NCBI GenBank assembly: GCA_036229005.1
Contig: JAZAMN010000064.1
Location: 43,309-107,308, forward strand
DNA: 64,000 bases
Source of the DNA: Myxococcota bacterium
GTDB lineage: Bacteria; Myxococcota_A; UBA796; CAJQPC01
Direction of reading: 5' to 3'
Every line of letters begins with the position of its first letter. Position 1 is the first letter of the stretch. Below are positions 1 to 8,383 of the stretch, in pieces. The position numbers and the translations under genes are program-made. The notes under the pieces are model-generated. The model made no database searches. It had not been told where the DNA came from and saw only the letters and a list, made by a program, of their open reading frames with translations.

Positions 1-434
1 AGCCACCCCGGGGGCGGTTCGCGACCAATCCACGTATCGGGCGCGACCGACGCGACGCCCCGCCCGATGGGCTCCAGCAGCGCGAGATCCCAGCACGCCC
101 GAGCCTGCGCCCGAGTCAGCGCTTCGGCATCCTCCCAGGTCTGCAGGTCCTGCAGGGCCCGCTCCAGCAGCGCCTCACAAGCCCGCGCCTGCTCACGACT
201 CCGCTGAGCGAGGGGGGCCCGCTCGGCAATCAGCGGCCCGCTCTCGCAGCGCTCCGGCCACAGGACCTCAAAGCCCGCCCGCATCGCGTAGTCGAACGCG
301 GTCCCCATCAGCGCCGGACTGCCCCCGCAGGAAGGCACGCGCAGCGGCTCGCCGGGCCGACACTCGGGCTTCCGCATCCACTGCTTGAACACAGCCCGGC
401 CGCTGGGACTGTCTGCTCGGCTGGTGAGGCTCAT
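1..434 (-). CDS. Partial hypothetical protein (3' end runs off the window); possible PD-(D/E)XK-like family
   Basis: Not in the ORF track. Manual translation from ATG at 434 (GGGGAG RBS upstream) stays open to the window edge: MSLTSRADSPSGRAVFKQW...LMGTAFDYAMR...CWDLALLEPIGR. The MSLTS...GTAFDY pattern recalls a conserved hypothetical family whose nuclease-like motif lies further C-terminal, outside the window. Confidence 0.6.
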   Translation of the reverse strand, partial: MSLTSRADSPSGRAVFKQWMRKPECRPGEPLRVPSCGGSPALMGTAFDYAMRAGFEVLWPERCESGPLIAERAPLAQRSREQARACEALLERALQDLQTWEDAEALTRAQARACWDLALLEPIGRGVASVAPDTWIGREPPPGW

Positions 435-560
435 GGGCTCCCCGTCCTTGGGCGCAATGCGCGTTCACCCCTGCGCCCGCAATGCGCAGAAGAAGGCGTG
501 CATGCTACCCTCTGCGGCCCCAAGCAGGCCATCCGCCAAAGACCCCGGGGGGAAGCACCC

Positions 561-935
561 TTGCGCAGCCTACGAGACCAGATCCTCCACCTCCGGCAGC
601 AGCCTCTGCTTCACATAGACGCAATCCGGGCCCGCATCGACCAACACCTCCAAACCGCCCAAACCGCCGCCCAGACCTCCCCCTTCGTCGACCTCCCCAC
701 GGCCGCCACGATCCACGCCGCCTGCACCGAGCTCCTCAACGACTGGGACCAGCTCACCGACGATGCGCGCCTCTGGGCCCAGGTCGCCTGCCTCTACTTC
801 GCCGACCCCGATGACTCCGCCGGCGAGCCCGACTTCGACTCCATCGTGGGCTTCGACGACGACCTCGACGCCCTCAACCACTGCCTCGAGCGCATCGGCC
901 GCCCGCCGGTCCCGCACCCCATGGACGCCCCATGA
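561..935 (+). CDS. DUF1232/YkvA-like small protein
   Basis: Motif LYFADPDD...PDFDSIVGFDDD resembles DUF1232 (YxxxPxDxxPDxxxxxGxxDD). Likely TTG start at 561 after GGGGAAG (ORF track starts at 498). The stop overlaps the next ATG (ATGA). Confidence 0.6.
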   Translation: MRSLRDQILHLRQQPLLHIDAIRARIDQHLQTAQTAAQTSPFVDLPTAATIHAACTELLNDWDQLTDDARLWAQVACLYFADPDDSAGEPDFDSIVGFDDDLDALNHCLERIGRPPVPHPMDAP

Positions 936-3799
936 GCACCCTGAACACCTACCCCCCAGGCCAGCGCGTCGAGATCCGGGACGAGGAGTGGCTGGTCCGC
1001 CGCACACTCCCGGCCCAACAAGGCACGGCTGTCCAGGTCATCGGCCTCTCTGAGCTGGTGCGCGGCCACGAGGCCACCTTCCTGGACACCCTGGACCCCG
1101 TCACCGTCCTGCGGCCCGAAGACACCGAGCTCGTCCCGGACCCCAGCCCCGGCCACCGCCGCAGCCGCCTCTACCTGGAGGCCCTGCTCCGGCGCAGCCC
1201 GCCCACCGACCCCCGGCTGGTCATCGGCCACCGCGCCGCCATCCGCGAGAGCCCCTACCAGTGGGCCCCCGCCGCCCAGGCCCTCCGCCAGCCCCGCCCC
1301 CGCATCCTCATGGCCGACGGCGTGGGCCTCGGAAAGACCATCGAGGTCGGCGTCCTGCTCTCCGAGCTCATCCAGCGGGGCAGGGGACAGCGCATCCTGG
1401 TCGTCGCCCTCAAGTCCATCCTGGCCCAGTTCCAGGAGGAGCTCTGGGCCCGCTTCACCATCCCCCTGGTCCGCCTGGACTCCGTGGGCATCCAGCGCGT
1501 CCAGGGCCGCATCCCGGCCAACCAGAACCCCTTCCATTACTTCGACCGCGTCATCGTCTCCATCGACACCCTCAAGAAGGATGCGCGCTACCGCGGCTAC
1601 CTGGAGAACGCCCACTGGGACGCCGTCGTCATCGACGAGTGCCAGAACGTCGCCGAGCGCGGCACCAAGGCCTCCCAGCGCGCCCGCCTGGCCCAGCTCC
1701 TCGCCCGCACCGCCGACGCCCTCATCCTGACCTCCGCCACCCCCCACGACGGCCGCCCCGAGTCCTTCGCCAGCCTCATGCACCTGCTGGAGCCCACGGC
1801 CATCGCCGACCCCAGCCAGTACACCAAGGACGAGGTCCAGGGCCTCTTCATCCGCCGCTTCCAGAAGGACGTCCGCGCCGGCGCCTCCGGCAGCTTCCAC
1901 GAGCGCCAGCTCGGCACCCTGGCCCCCCGCTGCACCGACCCCGAAGAGGCCGCCCTGCTCGCCGTCCGCGGCGCCCGCTTCCACACCATCGGCCGCTCCC
2001 GCAAGACCGACGCCCTCTTCCGCGTCCTGCTCCTCAAGGCCCTGCTCTCCAGCCCCGCCGCCTGCCTCCAGACCCTCGCCGAGCGCCGCCGCAAGCTGGA
2101 GAAGCGCGAGCAGACCGACGACGTGGTCCACGACCTGCAGGTCATCGACGACCTCACACAGACCGTCTCCGCCATCTCCACCGCCCAGCAGTCCAAGCTC
2201 CAGGCCCTCTTCCAGTTCCTGGACGACCTGGGCTACCGCAAGGGCACCCCCGGCAAGCGCGTCGTCATCTTCTCCGAGCGCCGCGCCACCCTGGACATGC
2301 TGCAAGAGCAGCTCGCCGCCCGCTACGGCCTCAAGACCACCGCCGCCCGCAAGGGCGAGCTCCACAAGTGGCGCAAGGGCCAGATCGCCACCTTCCACGG
2401 CTCCCTCCCCGACCAGGAGCAGTACGCCTTGGTCCAGGACTTCTCCAACGAAAAGGGCAGCCTCCGCCTGCTCCTGGGCTCCGACGCCGCCGCCGAAGGC
2501 CTGAACCTCCACCACACCTGCCACCACCTGGTCCACTTCGACATCCCCTGGTCGCTGATCACCCTGGAGCAGCGCAACGGCCGCATCGACCGCTTCGGCC
2601 AGAGCGAGCCCCCCATCATCCGCTACCTGCTCTCCGACCCCGGCCACCCCGATCTGCAGGGCGACATGCGCATCCTCAAGCGCCTGATCGACAAGGAGGG
2701 CGAAGCCGCCGCCAACCTGGGCGACGTGGCCTGGCTCATGAAGCTCCACGACGCCGTCCAGGAAGAGCGCCGCATCGCTCAGGCCATCGAGTCCGGCGAG
2801 TCCCCCGAGTCCGTGCTCCCCGACGCCGACGACCAGCCCCAGGACGACGACGACTGGCTCCAGGCCCTGCTCGAGGAAGAGGAGGAGGAGGAGCCGGAGA
2901 CCACCCGCCCATTCCGCCTCCTACCCTCTGACCTGGAGTATGCCCGCCTGGGCTTTGGAGAGCTGCTGGCCGACGGCGAGGACAGGCTGGTCCAGTGGGA
3001 GCCCGAGCTCTCCGGCTTCGTCCTGCAGATGCCCCCGGACCTGGCCACCCGCTACCGCTACCTGCCCCCCCAGCTCCAGCGCGGAAAGGACGGCCGCCTC
3101 AAGCTCAGCACCGACCGCAAGCGCGTCATGGACGCCTACGCCCAGGCCCGCAACACCGAAGACGGCTGGCCCGAGTGGGAGCTCTTCTGGGAGCAGCACC
3201 CCGTGGCCGAGTGGCTCAACGACCGCGTCCTGGCCACCTTCCGCCGCCACGAGGCTCCCGTGCTCCCGGTGCACGCCCACCTGCAGCCTGGCCAGGCCGC
3301 CTACATCTTCCAGGGCGTGCTCGCCAACCAGCGCTCCGTCCCCGTTCGGGTGGAGTGGGGGGCCGTCGTCCTGCGCGGCCCCGGCGACCTGCAGCTCCAG
3401 CCCTTCGAGAGCCTCGCTGCCGCCGTCGGCCTGGACCAGCCTCTGCCCAACACCGGCCAGTCCCTGGACACCGCCCCCCTCAGCGCGAACCTCCCCGCCG
3501 CCGTCCGCGCCTTTGGCGACCACATGCGCCGCGTCTCCCTGGAGTACCAGCGGGACGCCGTCGCCCAGCTCCGCCCCGCCGTCCGCAAGCTCCGCGGCTG
3601 GCACGGCCGCAGCCTGGAGCAGCTCCAGGCTCAGCAGCAGCGCCTCATCGGCGCCCAGAGCGTCAAAGAGCGCCAGCTCCAGCAGCAGCGCCAGGAGCTC
3701 GACCGCGTCTACAAGAGCCGCCACGACTGGATCCAGAACTCCGTCAAGCCCGGCCCCCCCACCACGCGACTGGCCGCTGTGCTGGTCCGCCCCGCCTGA
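932..3799 (+). CDS. SNF2-family helicase, DrmD-like (DISARM/ARMADA type)
   Basis: N-terminal GQRVEIRDEEWLV; motif I ADGVGLGKT; motif II DECQ; motif III SATP; motif V AEGLNL; motif VI QRNGRIDR. Confidence 0.9.
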   Translation: MSTLNTYPPGQRVEIRDEEWLVRRTLPAQQGTAVQVIGLSELVRGHEATFLDTLDPVTVLRPEDTELVPDPSPGHRRSRLYLEALLRRSPPTDPRLVIGHRAAIRESPYQWAPAAQALRQPRPRILMADGVGLGKTIEVGVLLSELIQRGRGQRILVVALKSILAQFQEELWARFTIPLVRLDSVGIQRVQGRIPANQNPFHYFDRVIVSIDTLKKDARYRGYLENAHWDAVVIDECQNVAERGTKASQRARLAQLLARTADALILTSATPHDGRPESFASLMHLLEPTAIADPSQYTKDEVQGLFIRRFQKDVRAGASGSFHERQLGTLAPRCTDPEEAALLAVRGARFHTIGRSRKTDALFRVLLLKALLSSPAACLQTLAERRRKLEKREQTDDVVHDLQVIDDLTQTVSAISTAQQSKLQALFQFLDDLGYRKGTPGKRVVIFSERRATLDMLQEQLAARYGLKTTAARKGELHKWRKGQIATFHGSLPDQEQYALVQDFSNEKGSLRLLLGSDAAAEGLNLHHTCHHLVHFDIPWSLITLEQRNGRIDRFGQSEPPIIRYLLSDPGHPDLQGDMRILKRLIDKEGEAAANLGDVAWLMKLHDAVQEERRIAQAIESGESPESVLPDADDQPQDDDDWLQALLEEEEEEEPETTRPFRLLPSDLEYARLGFGELLADGEDRLVQWEPELSGFVLQMPPDLATRYRYLPPQLQRGKDGRLKLSTDRKRVMDAYAQARNTEDGWPEWELFWEQHPVAEWLNDRVLATFRRHEAPVLPVHAHLQPGQAAYIFQGVLANQRSVPVRVEWGAVVLRGPGDLQLQPFESLAAAVGLDQPLPNTGQSLDTAPLSANLPAAVRAFGDHMRRVSLEYQRDAVAQLRPAVRKLRGWHGRSLEQLQAQQQRLIGAQSVKERQLQQQRQELDRVYKSRHDWIQNSVKPGPPTTRLAAVLVRPA

Positions 3800-3808
3800 G
3801 AGCGCCCC

Positions 3809-6800
3809 ATGGCCCTGGACCTCACCGGCATCGAGAACCGCGGGGAGTTCTACTCCCACCACTACCTGGACGCCCTGCTCGAGAGCGACCTCAAGCCTCT
3901 GCTCCAGCAGTGGGCCGACGCCGAGAGCGCCACCCCGCCCGTGCGCGCCCCCTACAAGCGCCTGGGGGGGCTGGCCGGCCGCTACTTCGACGCCCGCGCC
4001 CAGGCCGCTGAGCTTGGCCCCCAGGCCCTCAGCGAGCGCTGGCAGCTCGCCCACGCCTTCCACGCCCACCTGCTGGACGCCCTGGGCTACACCCGCAGCC
4101 CCCAGACCGTCGAGCTCCCCGGCGGCACCCAGCTCCCCTTGCTGCACGAAGAGCGCCGCGGCGGCCAGGCCGCCCTGTGGGTGATCGAAGCCCCCGCCCC
4201 CCAGCCCGACCAGGACCCCCTGGACGCCCAGCCCCTGCGCGACCAGTACCCCCAGCTGGGCCCCGACACCAAGACCCCCGAGCTCACCTGGCGCGAGCTC
4301 CTGGACCGCGAGCTCTTCCGCCACGACGACGCCCCCACCTGGGTGCTCTTCCTGGGCGGCTCCGAGATCGTGCTGACCCACCGCCACAAGTGGGGCCGCG
4401 GCCAGGCCCTGGCCTTTGACCTGGACGCCCTCTACGCCCGCCGCCAGTCCGCCGCCTTCCGCGCCATGGCCGCCCTGCTCCACCAGCAGGCCCTGGTCCC
4501 CAGCGACGGCGTCTCCCTGCACGAGCACCTGGACGAGTCCAGCCACAAGCACGCCTTCTCCGTCTCCGGCGACCTGCGACGCGGCGCCGAGCAGGCCATC
4601 GAGATCCTGGGCAATGAAACCGCCTGGTACCTGCGCACCGTGCGCCGCCGCGGCGTCTTCGGCAGCAGCGAGTCCGCCGAGTCCGTCGACCCCACCCAGC
4701 TCACCCGCGAGCTGCTGGTCTATCTGTATCGCCTCATCTTCCTGTTCTACGTCGAGTCCCGCAGCGACGCCCTGGGCGTCGTCCCCATGCGCTCCGAGTC
4801 CTACCGCCGCGGCTACAGCCTGGAGTCCCTGCGCGATCTGGAGCAGGTCCCCCTGAGCACCCCCCAGGCCCAGGAAGGCTACTTCCTGCACCACAGCCTC
4901 CAGCAGCTCTTCAAGCTGGTCAACCAGGGCCACGGCGTCGCCGCCCAGCAGTCCCTGAACGCGGCGGGCATGGACGCCGCCGGCTTCCGCATCCGCGGCC
5001 TGCACAGCCGCCTCTTTGACGACACCCAGCTCTCCATCCTGGCCCGGGTCCGCTTCCGCAACGCCGCCCTCCAGCGCGTCATCCAGCTCCTCTCCTTGTC
5101 AGAGGAGGGCAAGCACCGCCAGCGCGGCCGCATCTCCTACGCCAGCCTGGGCATCAACCAGCTCGGCGCCGTCTACGAGGGCCTGCTCTCCTACACCGGC
5201 TTCTTCGCCAAGGTCGATCTGATCGAGGTCGCCAACCCAGAGAAGAAGGGCAAGCCCGACGCTCGCAGCTTCTTCGTGCCCGAGTCCCACATCGACCGCT
5301 ACGACGACGCGGAGGTCGTGCGCGATCCCAAGACCGGCGCCCGCAAGCGCTACCCTCGGGGCAGCTATCTGTATCGCCTGGCCGGCCGCGACCGCGAGAA
5401 GTCCGCCAGCTTCTACACCCCCGAGGTCCTCACCCGCGCCCTGGTCCGCTACACCCTGCAGGAGCGCATCGGCAAGGACGGCGCCCCCGACGCACTGCCC
5501 GCCGACGCGCTGCTCACCCTGAGCATCTGCGAGCCCGCCATGGGCAGCGGCGCCTTCTTGAACGAGGTCATCGAGCAGCTCGCCCACGCCTACCTGGACC
5601 GCAAGTCCGCCGAGCTGGGCCAGCAGATCCCGGCCGCCGACTACCCCCGCGAGCTCCAGCGGGTCAAGGCCCACATGGCCGCCACCCAGTGCTACGGCGT
5701 GGACCAGAACCCCCTCGCCACCGAGCTGGGCAAGGTCTCCCTGTGGCTGAACACCCTGCGCCCGGGCGCCCCCGCACCCTTCTTCGACCCGCGCATCGTC
5801 ACCGGCAACTCCCTGGTGGGCGCCCGCCTGGCCGTCTACACCCCCAAGCACCTGCACAAGGCCGGCAAGAACAAGCCCCCCAACTGGACCGAGGCCGCCC
5901 CCGAGCCCCTGCAGGGCCCCCGCGCTCCCCAGGCCATCTACCACTTCCTGCTGCCCACCACCGGCATGGCCCCCTTCGACGGCGACAAGGTCGTCAAGGC
6001 CCTGCTCCCCGAGCGCGTGGCCGAGCTCAAGGCCTGGCACAAGACCCTCAAGGCCGCCTGGAGCCCCGCACACCGGGCCCGCCTCCAGAAGCTGTCGGAG
6101 CAGGTGGACAGTCTGTGGGAGGAGGTAGCGGCGCATCGGCGCAAGACACTGGCCGCCTGCACCCCCCCAAGCCCCGTCTGGCCGGAACCTGACAACACCG
6201 ACCCCGCAGACGAGGACACCCTGGCCGCGACCTGGCGCCAGGCCCAGGACGACGACTCCGCCGGCAAGCGCCTGCGGGCCGTCATGGACTACTGGTGCGC
6301 CCTGTGGTTCTGGCCCCTGCAGCGCGCCGCCGAGCTGCCCAGCCGAGAGCAGTGGCTGGCCGATCTGGAGCTCTTGTTGGCGGGCCGCCGCCGGGATGCG
6401 GGCAGCGACAGCCCCACCGCCCGGCGCCTGGACCTGGCCGCCGAGCTCGCACAGACCCACCGCTTTGTGCACTGGCCCCTGGAGTTCCCGGAGGTGTTGG
6501 CGAATGGTGGCTTTGACGTGGTGGTGGGAAATCCGCCGTGGATCAAGCTGCAGTGGAACGAGGGCGGCATCCTGTCGGATCTGGACCCCCGCCTGGTCAT
6601 CCGGCGCATGTCCGCCAAGAAGATGGCCGATCAGCGCGCACAGACTCTGGAGCAGCCGGAGGCCCTTGCCGCGTATCTGGGGGAGTTTGAGGGGCTGGAG
6701 GGGCAGAAGGCCTTTTTGAATGGGGTGGGGAACTATCCACTGTTGAAGGGGGTGCAGACGAATCTGTACAAGGCCTTCTTGAGCCTGGGCTGGCGTGTGC

Positions 6801-8383
6801 TGGACCGCGCTGGCATCGGCGGCATGTTCCACCAGGCAGGCATCTTTGATGACCCCAAGGGCGGGGCCCTGCGCAGCCACGCTTTCCCCCGGATGCGGCT
6901 GGTTGGTCTCGCCAAGAACCAGCTCAGTCTCTTTGAGGGTGTCACGCACCAGCGGCCCTACTGCTTCACAGTCTGGGGAGGCCGAGAGGACGTCTCGGTA
7001 GACTTCCGCTGTGTGTCCAACCTCTTCCACCCCCGCACCCTCGACGCCTCGCTGGAACACGACGGCCTCGGCGAGGTCCCCGGAATCAAAGACGACGAGG
7101 GCAACTGGGACCTGCGCGGCCACTGCTCCCGCATCGTCCACGTGGACCAGGCCACCCTGGGCCTCTTCGCCAAGCTCTACGACCCCCCTGGCACGCCGGC
7201 CCTGCAGGCCCGGCTGCCGGTGGTCCACAGCCAGGAGATCCTGAGCGTGCTGCGCAAGCTGGCCCAGGCGCCGCGCACCCTGGCGGATCTGGAGGGGCAG
7301 TTCTTCGCCACGGTGTGCTTCGATGAGACCGGAGCGCAGCGCAACGGGACCATCAAGCGGGACGTCCGCTTCCCTGCCGACCCCAGCGAGTGGGTGGTCT
7401 CCGGCCCCCACTTCTACGTGGGCACCCCCTTCAACAAGACCCCCAACGAAGGCTGCCGCCACAACCAGGACTACAGCGTGGTGGACTGGATGGACATGCC
7501 GGCGGACTACCTGCCCCGCACGAACTACGTGCCGGCCTGTGATGCGGAGACCTACCGGGAGCGCACGCCGCACTGGCAGGGGCGGCCGGTGACGGAGTCG
7601 TTTAGGCACGTCCATCGCCGAATGGCTCCGCCTACTGGAGAGCGCACGCTGGCGCTGGCGATTTTGCCCCCCGGGGCTGCCCACACTCACACTGTGATCT
7701 CGTTTACGTATTCGTCACCGAAGGAGTTGGTCGCCAGCGCGGGGTTCTTCTCCTCCATTCCGTATGACTTCTTCGCCAAGTCCACGGGGAAGAGCGACAT
7801 CTATGAGCAGACGATTGCTGCATTCGCTAGGCCAGAGGCACCCACGCAGTTGATTTCGCGCGCCCTCCGCCTGAACTGCCTCACCGCCCACTACGCCGAC
7901 CTCTGGTCGGAGCTCTACCAGCCTGACTTCGCCGGCGACACCCACACAAAGACCGACCCCCGGCTGCCCGACTGGTCCCACTTGGTGGACCACTGGACCT
8001 GGGACACCCCCCTCCGCTCTCCCTTCTCCCGCCGGCAGGCGCTGGTGGAGCTAGACGCGCTGGCCGCCATCGCCCTGGGCCTCACAGCGGAAGAGCTCTG
8101 CCTGATCTACCGCGTACAGTTCCCGGTGCTGCGCGGCTACGAGAGCGACACCTGGTACGACCAGCGCGGGCGCATCGTGTTCACCAACAACCGCGGCCTG
8201 AACGGCGTGGGGCTCTCCCGAAAGGAGTGGAACGAGATCCGCGACGCCCAGCCCGGCGACCCCCTGCCGGAGTGGGCCCGCGACAACCTGGGTTGCTACC
8301 AGCCGCCCTTTGACCGCTGCGACCGGGAGGCCGACATGACCCAGGCCTACAACGCCTTTGTGGCCCGGGGGGTGACCCAGTGA
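3809..8383 (+). CDS. Large N6-adenine DNA methyltransferase (Eco57I/type IIG-like, DrmMI-like)
   Basis: 1524 aa. INQLGAVYEGLL; SFYTP; SAM-binding CEPAMGSGAF; catalytic GNPPW; C-terminal target-recognition region. Confidence 0.9.
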   Translation: MALDLTGIENRGEFYSHHYLDALLESDLKPLLQQWADAESATPPVRAPYKRLGGLAGRYFDARAQAAELGPQALSERWQLAHAFHAHLLDALGYTRSPQTVELPGGTQLPLLHEERRGGQAALWVIEAPAPQPDQDPLDAQPLRDQYPQLGPDTKTPELTWRELLDRELFRHDDAPTWVLFLGGSEIVLTHRHKWGRGQALAFDLDALYARRQSAAFRAMAALLHQQALVPSDGVSLHEHLDESSHKHAFSVSGDLRRGAEQAIEILGNETAWYLRTVRRRGVFGSSESAESVDPTQLTRELLVYLYRLIFLFYVESRSDALGVVPMRSESYRRGYSLESLRDLEQVPLSTPQAQEGYFLHHSLQQLFKLVNQGHGVAAQQSLNAAGMDAAGFRIRGLHSRLFDDTQLSILARVRFRNAALQRVIQLLSLSEEGKHRQRGRISYASLGINQLGAVYEGLLSYTGFFAKVDLIEVANPEKKGKPDARSFFVPESHIDRYDDAEVVRDPKTGARKRYPRGSYLYRLAGRDREKSASFYTPEVLTRALVRYTLQERIGKDGAPDALPADALLTLSICEPAMGSGAFLNEVIEQLAHAYLDRKSAELGQQIPAADYPRELQRVKAHMAATQCYGVDQNPLATELGKVSLWLNTLRPGAPAPFFDPRIVTGNSLVGARLAVYTPKHLHKAGKNKPPNWTEAAPEPLQGPRAPQAIYHFLLPTTGMAPFDGDKVVKALLPERVAELKAWHKTLKAAWSPAHRARLQKLSEQVDSLWEEVAAHRRKTLAACTPPSPVWPEPDNTDPADEDTLAATWRQAQDDDSAGKRLRAVMDYWCALWFWPLQRAAELPSREQWLADLELLLAGRRRDAGSDSPTARRLDLAAELAQTHRFVHWPLEFPEVLANGGFDVVVGNPPWIKLQWNEGGILSDLDPRLVIRRMSAKKMADQRAQTLEQPEALAAYLGEFEGLEGQKAFLNGVGNYPLLKGVQTNLYKAFLSLGWRVLDRAGIGGMFHQAGIFDDPKGGALRSHAFPRMRLVGLAKNQLSLFEGVTHQRPYCFTVWGGREDVSVDFRCVSNLFHPRTLDASLEHDGLGEVPGIKDDEGNWDLRGHCSRIVHVDQATLGLFAKLYDPPGTPALQARLPVVHSQEILSVLRKLAQAPRTLADLEGQFFATVCFDETGAQRNGTIKRDVRFPADPSEWVVSGPHFYVGTPFNKTPNEGCRHNQDYSVVDWMDMPADYLPRTNYVPACDAETYRERTPHWQGRPVTESFRHVHRRMAPPTGERTLALAILPPGAAHTHTVISFTYSSPKELVASAGFFSSIPYDFFAKSTGKSDIYEQTIAAFARPEAPTQLISRALRLNCLTAHYADLWSELYQPDFAGDTHTKTDPRLPDWSHLVDHWTWDTPLRSPFSRRQALVELDALAAIALGLTAEELCLIYRVQFPVLRGYESDTWYDQRGRIVFTNNRGLNGVGLSRKEWNEIRDAQPGDPLPEWARDNLGCYQPPFDRCDREADMTQAYNAFVARGVTQ

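Noticed and set aside
2830..2900. Acidic tract (DDDD...EEEEEEE) in the SNF2 protein
   Set aside because: Probably an ordinary low-complexity linker after the helicase core; nothing supports a special role.
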